Positions 38,025-50,157 are shown, numbered from the stretch's first letter. The stretch is 64,000 nt of DNA from Ignavibacteria bacterium (GCA_036508135.1 DATCHW010000016.1:2500-66499), one strand, 5' to 3'. Translations and numbers: made by a program. Notes: generated by a model from the sequence alone, not told the origin.

Positions 38025-38536
38025 ATATTAACTAAAACAGGTTTTTCCTATTTACATTTTTATTTTACTTTTTTCAGCTCGCCGGAGTCGGAGTTTTCTT
38101 GCAACAAAGTTAGTAAAAATTCCTGAAGTTTTTTTTCTTATAAATACCGGTCGTACATGCTGGAAATAGTATTTCTTCCAGAGTAACTGCTTTTTTGTAC
38201 TTATCATCCATTGAGCCAGATCTGATTTCTTGAATTTGAGGAAAGTTAAACGTTTCAACATTTAATTATAATTCAAAAAAATAAAGAAATGTAAGTTAAG
38301 TTGAGTGACACTGAATTATACTTTTTCTGGGGAAGGCCGGAATCTTCGACCTGACGTTCACAGAAACATTGTCTATAGCCCAATTTGTGGCAGATACAAA
38401 ACTGTTATAGAAGTACGTCCGCCCCGCTATTGCAAATGTTCTGTTATGCTTTTGTGCTACTGTTGATACAAAAAAGTGTCATGTCAAGATAGCTACAAAA
38501 ATTTTGTGAAATCGGTTATACATTTGTACCTACTTC

Positions 38537-39925
38537 TTACTTATTATCAATTCTTTCTTCCAGTTGCTCAATCGTTTTTTTTGCATTTGCCAATCTGATT
38601 GCTTTATTTTTCTCAACCAATTTTGCCGTAGACCATTTTTCAACCTTGTTATGAAGCGGTATTAGAAATGCGGCAACACAAACTAAACCCAATAACATAA
38701 GCACAGGAGTATGATTCGTTACTCTTTCTAAAAAAGGATCCAGGAATAAATTAAAGAACTCAAATACAATCAGCAAAGCCATTACACCAAGAAATTCAAT
38801 CAGCTTTGTACTGGTGATAAAACTGCGGCTGAGCAATAAAAACAGAATGATGAAAATGATGATACCAAGGGTAATTAATGCATATTCAATATCAAGTTTT
38901 CGTTCTGCTTCATCTTTTTTTTCTATTTCAGCTATTTCACTTTCTCTTTTTGTTTCATTAAAAAGCAGATTTTGAATCTGCATTGTTCTATCCCTGCTAA
39001 ATAAACTATCTCTGGCTGCCAGAGAAATTTGAAGATACCGTAAAGCTTCTTTATCGTTTTTTCCTTCATATAGTTTAGACAGCAGTTTTCCTGACTCTAT
39101 AACATTTTCCAGAACACTGGCTTTTTGTGCACAAAGCATCGACAGTCCTGCATAAAAAATACTTGAATCCTTCGGTTCGGCGTCTTCATAGAGTTTGGCG
39201 ATATTAAGAAAAGTAAAAGACAATCCCAATGAATCATTATATGAAATTCCGTTTCTTATTGCTTCTCTGTAATAAGCCAATGCCAATTCTATATTACCCA
39301 TTTTAAATTGCACCTCGCCTAACCCGTTAAGTGTAAGATTAAGTTGATATTTATCTTTGACTAAATTATAATTTTCATAGCTGCGCTGATAATACATTAA
39401 TGCAGAATCCTGTTTGTTAAGCACCGCATATAAATCACCGAAACATCCATTCAACTCGGCTAACCAATAGTTATCATCCGGATGCATGGATTCAGATTTT
39501 CGATAATAGTTAATTGCATTTTTATAATCACCCTGTGATTTATAAATTAAGCCAATGCTATAATAAGAACGTGCCATGCTATTTTTATCGTTCATTCGTT
39601 CGAATATTTTTAATGCATCTAAATAATAATCAAGTGCTATGGGGTAATTGCTGATGCTCCAATACTGATTAGCTAGCTGGTGCAAGCAATCCGCTTCACC
39701 TTTTTCATATTTTATTTTACGTGCCAGTTCAAGGCCTTCCTGTGCTGTTTTTAAACCATGTTCAAAGGACTGGTCATAAAAACTTAATTTGACAAGCACC
39801 ATCACTTTTACAGTATCTTCTTTAGTAGCAGCCAACAATTTATTTAAACTGTCCACCTGCGGCGCCTGTGCCGATATTCTTACTACTGATGAGAAGAATA
39901 TTAAAAACAGAAATATTTTTTTCAT
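38537..39925 (-). CDS. Tetratricopeptide-repeat protein with C-terminal transmembrane segments
   Basis: 462 aa. Signal peptide, repeated TPR-like A..YY..A/L..Y patterns, then three hydrophobic helices and a coiled tail. Confidence 0.75.
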   Translation of the reverse strand: MKKIFLFLIFFSSVVRISAQAPQVDSLNKLLAATKEDTVKVMVLVKLSFYDQSFEHGLKTAQEGLELARKIKYEKGEADCLHQLANQYWSISNYPIALDYYLDALKIFERMNDKNSMARSYYSIGLIYKSQGDYKNAINYYRKSESMHPDDNYWLAELNGCFGDLYAVLNKQDSALMYYQRSYENYNLVKDKYQLNLTLNGLGEVQFKMGNIELALAYYREAIRNGISYNDSLGLSFTFLNIAKLYEDAEPKDSSIFYAGLSMLCAQKASVLENVIESGKLLSKLYEGKNDKEALRYLQISLAARDSLFSRDRTMQIQNLLFNETKRESEIAEIEKKDEAERKLDIEYALITLGIIIFIILFLLLSRSFITSTKLIEFLGVMALLIVFEFFNLFLDPFLERVTNHTPVLMLLGLVCVAAFLIPLHNKVEKWSTAKLVEKNKAIRLANAKKTIEQLEERIDNK

Positions 39926-40337
39926 ACTTAATTTTTAATTATAATTTCTTTCAAGTCTTAAGATTTGGTATTTCATTGCTGGTCAGTTTCAAATTAGCAA
40001 TATCGCCACAGCATGAAGCATAACATCTGTTATACTCTGCTAATATAACATTAATAGCATATAACTGCAATGTTGCTGTTGGATTTGCAGGGTTTTTGTT
40101 TTTATTGAGTAGCGTATTTTTACAAAAATTTATCGATGGGTGCATGTGATTTCCCAATTACAGCACCTATAAAAATTAAAACAACTACCGGTAATTTATA
40201 TTAAAAACGGTCAACTTAAGATATTAAATAAAAATAAATATAAAATTATAGGGTAAAGTAGTATGCTAGCTTATAGGCTATTTTTTCTCAATCCGTTCGG
40301 ATTTTTTCGACAAAATAAAAAATAAACCAAACACGGT

Positions 40338-40568
40338 TCATTTTTTCAGTAATTCTTCAGCGTGCATCCGAATTGTTTTTTCTATTGTTCTTTTAAAAGG
40401 TGCAGCCAGAAAGGGGATATCCCCTTTTATCAATACTTCTGACTCACTTATGGCTAAACTTCCGCTGACCTTGAAGCTTTTAATCTTAAATTTAAATTAT
40501 CCGGTGCTGCCCGACCAGGATTCTTCTAAATCACTGATTCGGTCTGAATGTTGGGCTTTTAAATCCGG
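40338..40568 (-). pseudogene. PHA-granule-like gene copy, 5'-truncated with an internal nonsense codon
   Basis: Aligns to 55535-55765. CAA is changed to TAA at 40497-40499. Homology ends at ..aaatccgg (40568). Confidence 0.75.
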
Positions 40569-40612
40569 GCGGTTATTGAAGCGTTTGTAATAAGTTACTA
40601 AAGCTAAAAGAA

Positions 40613-41332
40613 TTATTCTAAACCCTTAGTCCCAAATTTATTATCGTTAGTGAAATCCTTAATATCACGGCGTACCCTTAAGTATTTTTCCGGTGTGGAA
40701 ACGGGATAACCTAAACGACAGGAAAAAGCAATCTTTAAATTTTCAGGAATATGAAGAATGTTTTTTACTTCTTCCTCTACTGTGTCTGCACTAAGGGAAC
40801 TCAGGATATGAAAGTTGATGCCAAGAGAATTTGCCATGAGCCACATATTTTCCATTACACATCCTAAACTCAAAATGCCCAGGAAATCGCCTTCGGAAGC
40901 CGGGGCTCGTTTAGCCGGATCATACACAACAATCAGCATTAATGGACATAACGGGAAAGGTCTTTGTATTGATGAATCCGCTTCCTCATCATATTTATCC
41001 AGCCTGAAATCAGGGACTCTCCAGGATGGAGGGAACATCGCAGCCAATATTCCTGTTTTTTTTCTAAGCAGCTCCTCCTCTGAAAAAGATAACTGCTGAT
41101 AGTTTTCCCGGATAAAGGTTTCTGATATCGGGCGTTTTATTTTTGCAATGGACTGCAGGATTTTTTCATCATCCACAACAATGATTTCAAAATTCTGCAT
41201 ATTATGCGCTGAAGGAGCCCAGCGTCCTGCTTCCAGTATTTTTAATAAATCCTGTTTCTCTATAGGATGTTTAGTGTCAAATGGCATCCTGGAAGATTGC
41301 CTTGCCTGCATGAGTTTTAATAATTCATTCAT
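40613..41332 (-). CDS. Nitroreductase family protein
   Basis: 239 aa; RQSSRMPFD and WAPSAHNMQNFEIIVV motifs. Confidence 0.8.
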   Translation of the reverse strand: MNELLKLMQARQSSRMPFDTKHPIEKQDLLKILEAGRWAPSAHNMQNFEIIVVDDEKILQSIAKIKRPISETFIRENYQQLSFSEEELLRKKTGILAAMFPPSWRVPDFRLDKYDEEADSSIQRPFPLCPLMLIVVYDPAKRAPASEGDFLGILSLGCVMENMWLMANSLGINFHILSSLSADTVEEEVKNILHIPENLKIAFSCRLGYPVSTPEKYLRVRRDIKDFTNDNKFGTKGLE

Positions 41333-41368
41333 ATTACCTCCTGATTTAAAAAAATATTTATTATTTAT

Positions 41369-42379
41369 TTATTGACCTATTTTCAACACTGACCTGAAAT
41401 GCACTTTTGCGGTCATCATTTTTTCATAAGCCAATGCCGCTTGTTCCAAAGGAAATACTTCAACCATTGGAATAATCTTAGTCATGACACTGAAATTAAG
41501 AGCATCTTTTATATTTCCTGTTACAAATCCGCGTATAGAACGTTCACCTCCCAATAAAAGCATTGGAGGTATCTGCATCATATCTCCGGCACCTGTAACA
41601 ATAATTGCCTGCCCGTTACGACCAAGTCCCGGAATTAAATCAGAGATTGCTTTCCCGCTTGGTGCTGTACAAAGAATTACCCGCGCACCGCCTAATTTCA
41701 TTAATTGCTTTACTGCTTCGCCTGTATCAGTATCGATATATACATGAGCACCCAGTTTATAAGCGAGTTCTTCCTTATCCTTGCCGCGGGATAATACTAC
41801 TGTTTTAAATCCTAATTTAACGGCATATTGCACAGCAAGATGTCCCAATCCTCCGAGTCCGTGAATTGCTACGACATCTCCGCCCTGAGCACCACTATGT
41901 ATTAATGCTCCAAAAGTTGTTCTGCCGGCACACAATATAGGTGCTGCATCTATTGAGCTCAGCTCATCAGGAATATTTACCACTGCTTCCGGTCGTGCTA
42001 TCATATATTCAGCATAACCGCCATCCAGGTGAATGCCCGTAGTTAAGGACTTCTCGCAGGCACCGAAATCACCTTTACGGCATGCACTGCACTGATTACA
42101 ATGACCACCGTGCCAGCCAACACCGACTCTTTGTCCTGCTTTCCAGTTAGTAACCATCGGTCCTATTTTATCTACTATCCCCACCACTTCATGCCCCGGA
42201 ACGATTGGATATTTAATTCCGGGAAAATGTCCTTCTTTGGCTATAGCATCTCCATGGCATATCCCGCATGCTTCTACTTTTATTAAAACTTCGTTATTCC
42301 CGGGTTCGGGAATTTCTTTCTGAATTATCTCAAAGTCTGCACCCGGTGAACTTACCTGAACTGCTTTCATTAACTGCAT
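41369..42379 (-). CDS. Zinc-dependent NAD(P) alcohol dehydrogenase
   Basis: 336 aa. GICHGD, GHEVVGIV, structural-Zn Cys cluster CNQCSACRKG, GLGGLGH Rossmann motif. Confidence 0.9.
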   Translation of the reverse strand: MQLMKAVQVSSPGADFEIIQKEIPEPGNNEVLIKVEACGICHGDAIAKEGHFPGIKYPIVPGHEVVGIVDKIGPMVTNWKAGQRVGVGWHGGHCNQCSACRKGDFGACEKSLTTGIHLDGGYAEYMIARPEAVVNIPDELSSIDAAPILCAGRTTFGALIHSGAQGGDVVAIHGLGGLGHLAVQYAVKLGFKTVVLSRGKDKEELAYKLGAHVYIDTDTGEAVKQLMKLGGARVILCTAPSGKAISDLIPGLGRNGQAIIVTGAGDMMQIPPMLLLGGERSIRGFVTGNIKDALNFSVMTKIIPMVEVFPLEQAALAYEKMMTAKVHFRSVLKIGQ

Positions 42380-42562
42380 AAAATTATTTTAATAGAAATT
42401 TTGATTTAGAATGAATATATATAATATTTATTAAATTAAACAATTCTATAACTTGTCTTTTTCATTATTAAAACTTTTGAGGGGAAGCTCTCGCCTATGG
42501 GTTGGGGGGTTTATTTTGTTCGTTTAAAAGGAACGTTATAAAAAAATGAGCAGTCTCCCCAC

Positions 42563-42690
42563 TCATTTCTTCAAAAGTATCTCCGCCTTTTCCGGCAAAG
42601 GGATATCCCCTTTAATCAGTACATAGTTGTTTTCTACTAACAGGCTCCCGCTGACTTTGAAGCCTTTAATCTTGAATTTGAATTGTCCGG
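42563..42690 (-). pseudogene. PHA-granule-like gene, 3' half only (variant type, internal deletion)
   Basis: Encodes ..GQFKFKIKGFKVSGSLLVENNYVLIKGDIPLPEKAEILLKK* with its terminator hairpin. Homology stops at ATTGTCCGG (42682-42690). Confidence 0.7.
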
Positions 42691-42728
42691 CAATTAAATA
42701 TACACTTGTTAGCAGATGTTTAAATAAG

Positions 42729-43211
42729 CTATTCCGGTCTAGGATTTGAGCCGTTAAATAATCTCCATTTCCATTCGTTTCCTTTTTTAACCAGGATACC
42801 TGTAAATCGATATGGAGGTTTTCTTATTTTTCCTGCTTTAGTTTCTACTACCATTTTCCCATCAACAAATACCCAGGCAGTATTACCACTGTAATCAATA
42901 TCAATCCTGTCCATTTCCCAGGAAAAACTGGCATAATCAAAAAGTTGGGTTAGCCATTCTTTGATTTGATTTTTACCTTTAAATACTTCTCCGCTGTCCG
43001 AACCTACTAAGAGTATATTCTCAGAGTCATCAAATAGTGATATCGCTTGATCTACATTCGAATTCTTAGCAGCAGCATTCCACAGTTCCAATGCTTTAGT
43101 AATTTCGCCTTTGACATTATCGGTTAGAATTTGGGCAGTTAAAGAATTAGATACTACTAATAATAAGATGAATATTATTGTCCGAAGGAAAATGTTCTTT
43201 TTCATAATCAT
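42729..43211 (-). CDS. NTF2-like (SnoaL/DUF4440-type) secreted protein
   Basis: 160 aa. Signal peptide; size and pattern typical of NTF2-fold proteins. Confidence 0.55.
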   Translation of the reverse strand: MIMKKNIFLRTIIFILLLVVSNSLTAQILTDNVKGEITKALELWNAAAKNSNVDQAISLFDDSENILLVGSDSGEVFKGKNQIKEWLTQLFDYASFSWEMDRIDIDYSGNTAWVFVDGKMVVETKAGKIRKPPYRFTGILVKKGNEWKWRLFNGSNPRPE

Positions 43212-43236
43212 TTTTATTGTTTAATTATTTATTATC

Positions 43237-43365
43237 GCTAACGTTTTTTGGCTTGGCGAAGTGGGGAATTAAAAATACAAATGTTCAATTTAGTATAAAA
43301 GTACAATAGAATTCTAATGTCCAAATATAGTGCAAAAGCCCCCATTTTGCCAAACCAATGTTAGC
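43237..43365. repeat. 129-bp element bounded by long imperfect inverted repeats (MITE- or attC-like)
   Basis: GCTAAC-gtttttt-GGCTTGGCGAAGTGGGG ...72 nt... CCCCCATTTTGCCAAACC-aat-GTTAGC. 14 of 17 inner pairs are Watson-Crick; the outer boxes are perfect. Confidence 0.6.
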
Positions 43366-43427
43366 AGTAGGCGTTTTTGAGTTATTCATTTTTAATCTCG
43401 TTCCTCCGCCAACAATTTTATCATAAT

Positions 43428-43910
43428 CTAATCCTTAGGCTCCCGCAATTCAATTTTATTTCCTTCAAGGTCTAAAATATGAACAAACTTTCCATAATCA
43501 TATGTTTCAATTTTGTCCACGATAGTTACGTTTTTCTTTTTTAATTCTTCAACCAATACTTCTAAATTATCTACTCTATAGTTTATCATAAAGTCTTTTG
43601 TTGAAGGGTCAAAATATTTTGTATTATCCGGAAAAGGATTCCACACGGTAAGTCCCTTTTTTGTGCTGTCATCATTTTCTCGCCATTCAAAGTTTGTTCC
43701 ATATGGACTTGTGACAAACCCAAGGTGAGTTTTATACCATTCGTTAATTGCTTTTGGATCTTTGCATTTGAAAAAAATGCCGCCGATGCCTGTTACTTTT
43801 TTCATATTAATTGTGCTTTTATTTTGTTGAGATGTTATTATTGTTTTAAATGCGAAACCAAAGCAAAATGATGTCGCAATTATCAGGATTATTAAAGTCG
43901 CTTTTTTCAT
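43428..43910 (-). CDS. VOC (glyoxalase/bleomycin-resistance) family protein
   Basis: 160 aa. N-terminal hydrophobic segment, then GIGGIFFKCKDPKAINEWYKTHLGF and ..FVHILDLEGNKIEL. Confidence 0.75.
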   Translation of the reverse strand: MKKATLIILIIATSFCFGFAFKTIITSQQNKSTINMKKVTGIGGIFFKCKDPKAINEWYKTHLGFVTSPYGTNFEWRENDDSTKKGLTVWNPFPDNTKYFDPSTKDFMINYRVDNLEVLVEELKKKNVTIVDKIETYDYGKFVHILDLEGNKIELREPKD

Positions 43911-44109
43911 TGCTTATATAAAGTTATATTTTTTTTCGTTATCGAATACTTGTTACTCTGTTATTGTTGGTTGTCGTCACGCTTACCGCTAAAGTATATA
44001 TTTATAATAAAAAGAAACCTGTACATCTATAATTATTCAGATTTAATTCTATAAACAAATTTATTTTTTGAAAAATTCAAATGGAAAGAAATATTCCTTT
44101 ATCAAAAAA

Positions 44110-44142
44110 CGAATATCCTCCCTAACTGCTGGAGGATATTCG
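44110..44142. repeat. Perfect 12-bp-stem hairpin, member of a repeated hairpin family
   Basis: CGAATATCCTCC-ctaactgct-GGAGGATATTCG. The same stem occurs at 44666 and 47002. Confidence 0.85.
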
Positions 44143-44366
44143 CAATGTGATTAAATTTAAAATTAAAATTTAAAACCCTGATGGTTTTGAATATACGGTT
44201 TTGTCATAATTAACAACTACAGAAGTCTCAAAGGATGTTTGAAAATAGACTATTCCTATTATTCCCAATAAAATCAGAACTTTCCTATTTCTTTCATAAT
44301 AGAACTTTAAAATATTTGAAAATTATTATTACTCCTTCTAAACTAGTGCTTAGGAAGGAGGATAAA

Positions 44367-44567
44367 TCATTCATTATCTGTTTTATTTGTGTTTGACCAT
44401 TGGATAAAACGTGTAAATGAGACTCCAATCGACATCCCCAATGCAAGGATAAACCAGAAGCCGGCATCACTTGGTTTACATTCTATTCTGGAATTAAAAA
44501 CTATAAACAAACAGGTCGTTATTATAACCGGGAATAAAACAGCCAATAGACCTTTTCTCTTTTTCAT
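44367..44567 (-). CDS. Small two-TM membrane protein (hypothetical)
   Basis: 66 aa with two hydrophobic helices; no homology recognised. Confidence 0.35.
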   Translation of the reverse strand: MKKRKGLLAVLFPVIITTCLFIVFNSRIECKPSDAGFWFILALGMSIGVSFTRFIQWSNTNKTDNE

Positions 44568-44665
44568 GTTATTTAATTTATTTATTCAATTAATTAAAGT
44601 ATTCTATTTTCTATCGCTTTCCCAATATATTAATTGCAAATGAAAACTAATATTCCCTTTATAAT

Positions 44666-44783
44666 GCAAATATCCTCCCTTGATGGAGGATATTCGCTAG
44701 CGTATTATGAAAATCTTCCCCGCTCATTGTTCCCAATCAAGTGTTTTAAGACCGAACAGTCATGTTTGGAAAGGAGAGTGATA
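44666..44783 (-). terminator. Repeated ~110-nt double-hairpin element downstream of the T9SS gene
   Basis: AATATCCTCC-cttgat-GGAGGATATT plus the shared tail ..aaaatcttccccgctcattgttc... On the minus strand the hairpin is followed by a T-rich run. Confidence 0.55.
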
Positions 44784-46853
44784 TTATTTTATCAACAACA
44801 TTTTCTTCGTATCTGTAAACCCATCAGTGATTAGTTTGTAGAAATAAACTCCGCTTGAATAATGCGAACCGTCGAACGATGCTTCGTACGTACCGGGCTT
44901 CAGCGATTCGCTCACGAGTGTTTGCACCTCGCGACCCATTACGTCATAAACTTTCAACACCACATTGTCATTCCCGCGAAAGCGGGAATCCAGAGCAACA
45001 TCAAACTTTATCTTCGTCACCGGATTAAATGGGTTAGGATAGTTCTGTGACAGCGAAAATAAAGAAGGAATTGTTGTAGTTATTTGATTTACCGACGTAA
45101 TATCCGAAATCAATCTCCTGCTAATTCCATGATCATAATTTCCTGCATAAATATATCCGTCTGCTGTTATTAAAGCTGATATATTGATTCCTGTAAGTCC
45201 CTCATTTTTTACCACCCATGTATCACCATTGTTCGATGACATGTATATTCCATTACCTGTTGTTCCTGCAAATAAATAATTTCCTTCTGTTAAAATGCAC
45301 CAGGCACCTTTATCTGCTAATACCGCTGACCAGTTTGCACCTTCATTGCTTGAACGTAACACTCCCGGTACATTGTTGCAGGCAGCAAATAAATAATTAG
45401 AATTAGCAGTAATATCCATAACTGAATTTATATTCATAACTGAATCCCAACTGACTCCTTCATTAGTCGTAAAATACAGACCTGTCAGGAAATAATGATT
45501 ATCCCTGAACATTCCTGTGAATATTTTTGAGCCTCTTTGATAAAAACAATTAGGAACACAACCTGTACGGTTATATACACCATTCCAGCTAACTCCGTTA
45601 TTAGTAGATTTATATATTCCTGAATATGCGGCACCTGCGTATAAATTAGAATTAAAATTCTTTAGTGCATAAATCGTTATTCTGTTCAGAGATGATTTTG
45701 TCCAGTTTATTCCGTTATCGGATGAAATATAAACACCCCCTGTATCTGAAATATAATCATATATACCTGCATAGAGAGTTGTTCCAATAGATGTCATTGA
45801 TCGCGCACTCAGCCGTGGATTAAGTTTTGATTGTATCCAGTTTAATCCTCCGTCACCCGAATAATATATCCCATTGCTTACTCCTGCGAACAATCTTGTA
45901 TTAAGTTTATAAAAACAATATACATTAATGTCAGGCGGTAAATAGTGTGTCCAGCTTAATCCGTTATCAGATGATAAGTGAACACCTCCGTATTCTAATC
46001 CTAATATTAAAACATTATTCACTTTTGAAAGCGATATCACTTTTCCATTTGGAACTGTGTTTAATAAATTCCAGGTTGTACCATTGTCTGTTGATTTATA
46101 AAACTCATAAATTGAAGTACTTGCAATCGTACTCAAATAAATATCCGCGCCTATAACTGTTATATTATAAATTGGACGTCCCTGGAATGCTGAATTAACC
46201 CAGCTAATACCATTGTCGGAAGATTTATACAATCCGTTTAATGTTGTACCAGCAAATATTATTCCGTTAATTGTATTCATTGATGAGACAGAAACACTGT
46301 CAAGTCCTCTTACGCTCCAGTTAACTCCGTTGTTTGAGGAATATATCACTTTTCCCGGCGAATATTCTCCCGTTCCTATTCCCGCAAAAATATAATTATC
46401 CTTTACTGTAAGTGAAGTAACAAAGTTAGATCCTGCACCATAAACAGTTGACCAGTTATAACCATTATTTGTGGATTTCAGTATAGCTGTTCCATTAGAT
46501 GCAAATATATCAGAACCGAATGATATCATACTCGTGAAACTGTAGTATGAATTAGAGGTTTGAGTCCAGTTTATTCCTTCGTTGGTTGAAACAAATATAC
46601 CTCCAGACCCTGCTGTTATAAGGTAGGAATTTTTTTGAAGTATTACTGATAAATTAACGGTTAAAGAAGACTGCACCCATTTAATACCGTTATTCGTCGA
46701 ATAATAAAAACCTGTCTGATTTGCAGAATATACTTTCCCGTTTGCAGAATAAGTGTAATAGGAAACACTCGGTAATCCTGAACTTACGGATGCCCACTGC
46801 CCATTAGCATTCATTGCTACGAGCATTACTAAGATGAAAAATAACTTTTTCAT
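44784..46853 (-). CDS. BNR/Asp-box (Ycf48/sortilin-like) beta-propeller repeat protein with T9SS C-terminal sorting domain
   Basis: 689 aa with a signal peptide. More than 12 repeats of S.(N/D)(N/G)G..W. C-terminus LSQNYPNPFNPVTKIKFDV...YFYKL. Confidence 0.85.
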   Translation of the reverse strand: MKKLFFILVMLVAMNANGQWASVSSGLPSVSYYTYSANGKVYSANQTGFYYSTNNGIKWVQSSLTVNLSVILQKNSYLITAGSGGIFVSTNEGINWTQTSNSYYSFTSMISFGSDIFASNGTAILKSTNNGYNWSTVYGAGSNFVTSLTVKDNYIFAGIGTGEYSPGKVIYSSNNGVNWSVRGLDSVSVSSMNTINGIIFAGTTLNGLYKSSDNGISWVNSAFQGRPIYNITVIGADIYLSTIASTSIYEFYKSTDNGTTWNLLNTVPNGKVISLSKVNNVLILGLEYGGVHLSSDNGLSWTHYLPPDINVYCFYKLNTRLFAGVSNGIYYSGDGGLNWIQSKLNPRLSARSMTSIGTTLYAGIYDYISDTGGVYISSDNGINWTKSSLNRITIYALKNFNSNLYAGAAYSGIYKSTNNGVSWNGVYNRTGCVPNCFYQRGSKIFTGMFRDNHYFLTGLYFTTNEGVSWDSVMNINSVMDITANSNYLFAACNNVPGVLRSSNEGANWSAVLADKGAWCILTEGNYLFAGTTGNGIYMSSNNGDTWVVKNEGLTGINISALITADGYIYAGNYDHGISRRLISDITSVNQITTTIPSLFSLSQNYPNPFNPVTKIKFDVALDSRFRGNDNVVLKVYDVMGREVQTLVSESLKPGTYEASFDGSHYSSGVYFYKLITDGFTDTKKMLLIK
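44970..44989. repeat. GC-rich palindromic element embedded in-frame in the T9SS domain
   Basis: ATTCCCGC-gaaa-GCGGGAAT encodes ..SRFRGND.. on the coding strand and ..IPAKAGIQ.. on the opposite strand. Confidence 0.7.
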
Positions 46854-47001
46854 AATCTTTTATGTTTTAAATATTTTCCTGACTATTTATAACTGGTCAG
46901 GAGGTGAAAAAATATTTTAAACGGGAGTCCGCCGCGGTGGATTATCTCTCACCTAAATTTAAGAATTTTATTCGCTAATTGTCACGTATTTTATCTAAAA
47001 C

Positions 47002-47104
47002 GCAAATATCCTCCCTTTGTGGAGGATATTCGCATTGTTTTATAAAATCTTTCCCGCTCATCGTTCACAAAAGAAACCGTGAACGAGAGCAATAGAAGTA
47101 ATAA
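47002..47104 (-). terminator. Repeated double-hairpin element downstream of katG
   Basis: GCAAATATCCTCC-ctttgt-GGAGGATATTCGC plus TCGTTCAC-N10-GTGAACGA. Shares the ..aaaatctttcccgctcatcgttc.. tail with 44700-44740. Confidence 0.6.
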
Positions 47105-49294
<2,190 letters not shown>

Positions 49295-49372
49295 TTATAA
49301 AGTAATAAACTATTTATTTCCTGATAAGGTTTCATAACACTGGCAGGTGATAAGGAACTCTGAGAGGAAAAA

Positions 49373-49936
49373 TTATCTTATTATAGTGTTGTGTTCATCT
49401 GTTACTATTCTTTTTTCCCATTCCCTTCTAGTTTGTTCCATTGTTTTTCTAATAAGTTCATCCGTTAATCCTAATCTGTCTGCATATATTTTTGTGTAAT
49501 TAGTGAGCTTTTCATCTAACACTTTTGCCCGTTCACAGAATTCAATAAAATCTTTTATCATCCTTTTCTGTCCACTATCGGAATAAAATAATTCATTATT
49601 AAATCGAAAATAATCATGAGTAATGTAGTTTCTTAATTTTAAAACATTATTTAATTCAATGCTATCTTCATCCGATAAATTATAAAGAACACTTACTTCT
49701 TTTATTAATTTCCCAAAAGTTCGTTTACCTAAGTCATAAGTATCCCATAGTTCATTAATTTCTTTTGGAGATCTCAAGTTATCTTTTGATTGTCGGAAAA
49801 CTGCAATCATATTAATAGATTGTTGCTCTAAAACTTGTGCACAAAATACTGCCTGTCCAAAATGAGCATAGATTTCTTTAGCTTTATTGTTACTATCTAA
49901 AGTCTCGAATAATTCAATTTCTGTCTTATAGTCCAT
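49373..49936 (-). CDS. HEPN-like (Rx4H motif) hypothetical protein
   Basis: 187 aa, predicted all-helical. ..LKLRNYITHDYF.. fits the HEPN R-x4-H catalytic motif. Confidence 0.45.
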   Translation of the reverse strand: MDYKTEIELFETLDSNNKAKEIYAHFGQAVFCAQVLEQQSINMIAVFRQSKDNLRSPKEINELWDTYDLGKRTFGKLIKEVSVLYNLSDEDSIELNNVLKLRNYITHDYFRFNNELFYSDSGQKRMIKDFIEFCERAKVLDEKLTNYTKIYADRLGLTDELIRKTMEQTRREWEKRIVTDEHNTIIR

Positions 49937-50094
49937 GTTTGATTCTTAAATTCTCCTTCCCAAGGTCTACCTTGAGAGGACATTGCTACAATTAGTAATT
50001 CTAATTTGTATTTGATTTTTATTCTTCTCACCTTCCCAAGGAAAGATTGAGAAGACGAGAAGAAATCATTCTTGAGCACTTTGGGATTTTCTCT

Positions 50095-50157
50095 GGTTAC
50101 TATGCTCCAGCGTAGTAACCATTTAATTTCCCGTTACAACGCCGGAGCATTGTAACG
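50095..50157 (-). other. Pair of 26-nt hairpins with mutually complementary loops in the leader of the HEPN-like gene
   Basis: GGTTACTA-tgctccagcg-TAGTAACC (50095-50120) and CGTTACA-acgccggagcat-TGTAACG (50132-50157). One unit is the near-exact reverse complement of the other. Confidence 0.6.

Noticed and set aside
38052-38261. 69-aa very basic ORF; similarly 39951..40157, 49102..49335 and 49897..50079
   Set aside because: There are no recognisable motifs, and composition is atypical. The last three lie in spacers or leader regions explained by other features. They are too weak to call as genes.
38331-38400. tRNA-like 3' end (ggtcgaagattccggccttcccca on the minus strand) and related GGGGAAG motifs at 37391 and 42481
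   Set aside because: The T-loop sequence is wrong (AAGATTC instead of TTCRANY). No D or anticodon arms can be drawn, and there is no CCA context. It is probably just another dispersed spacer repeat.
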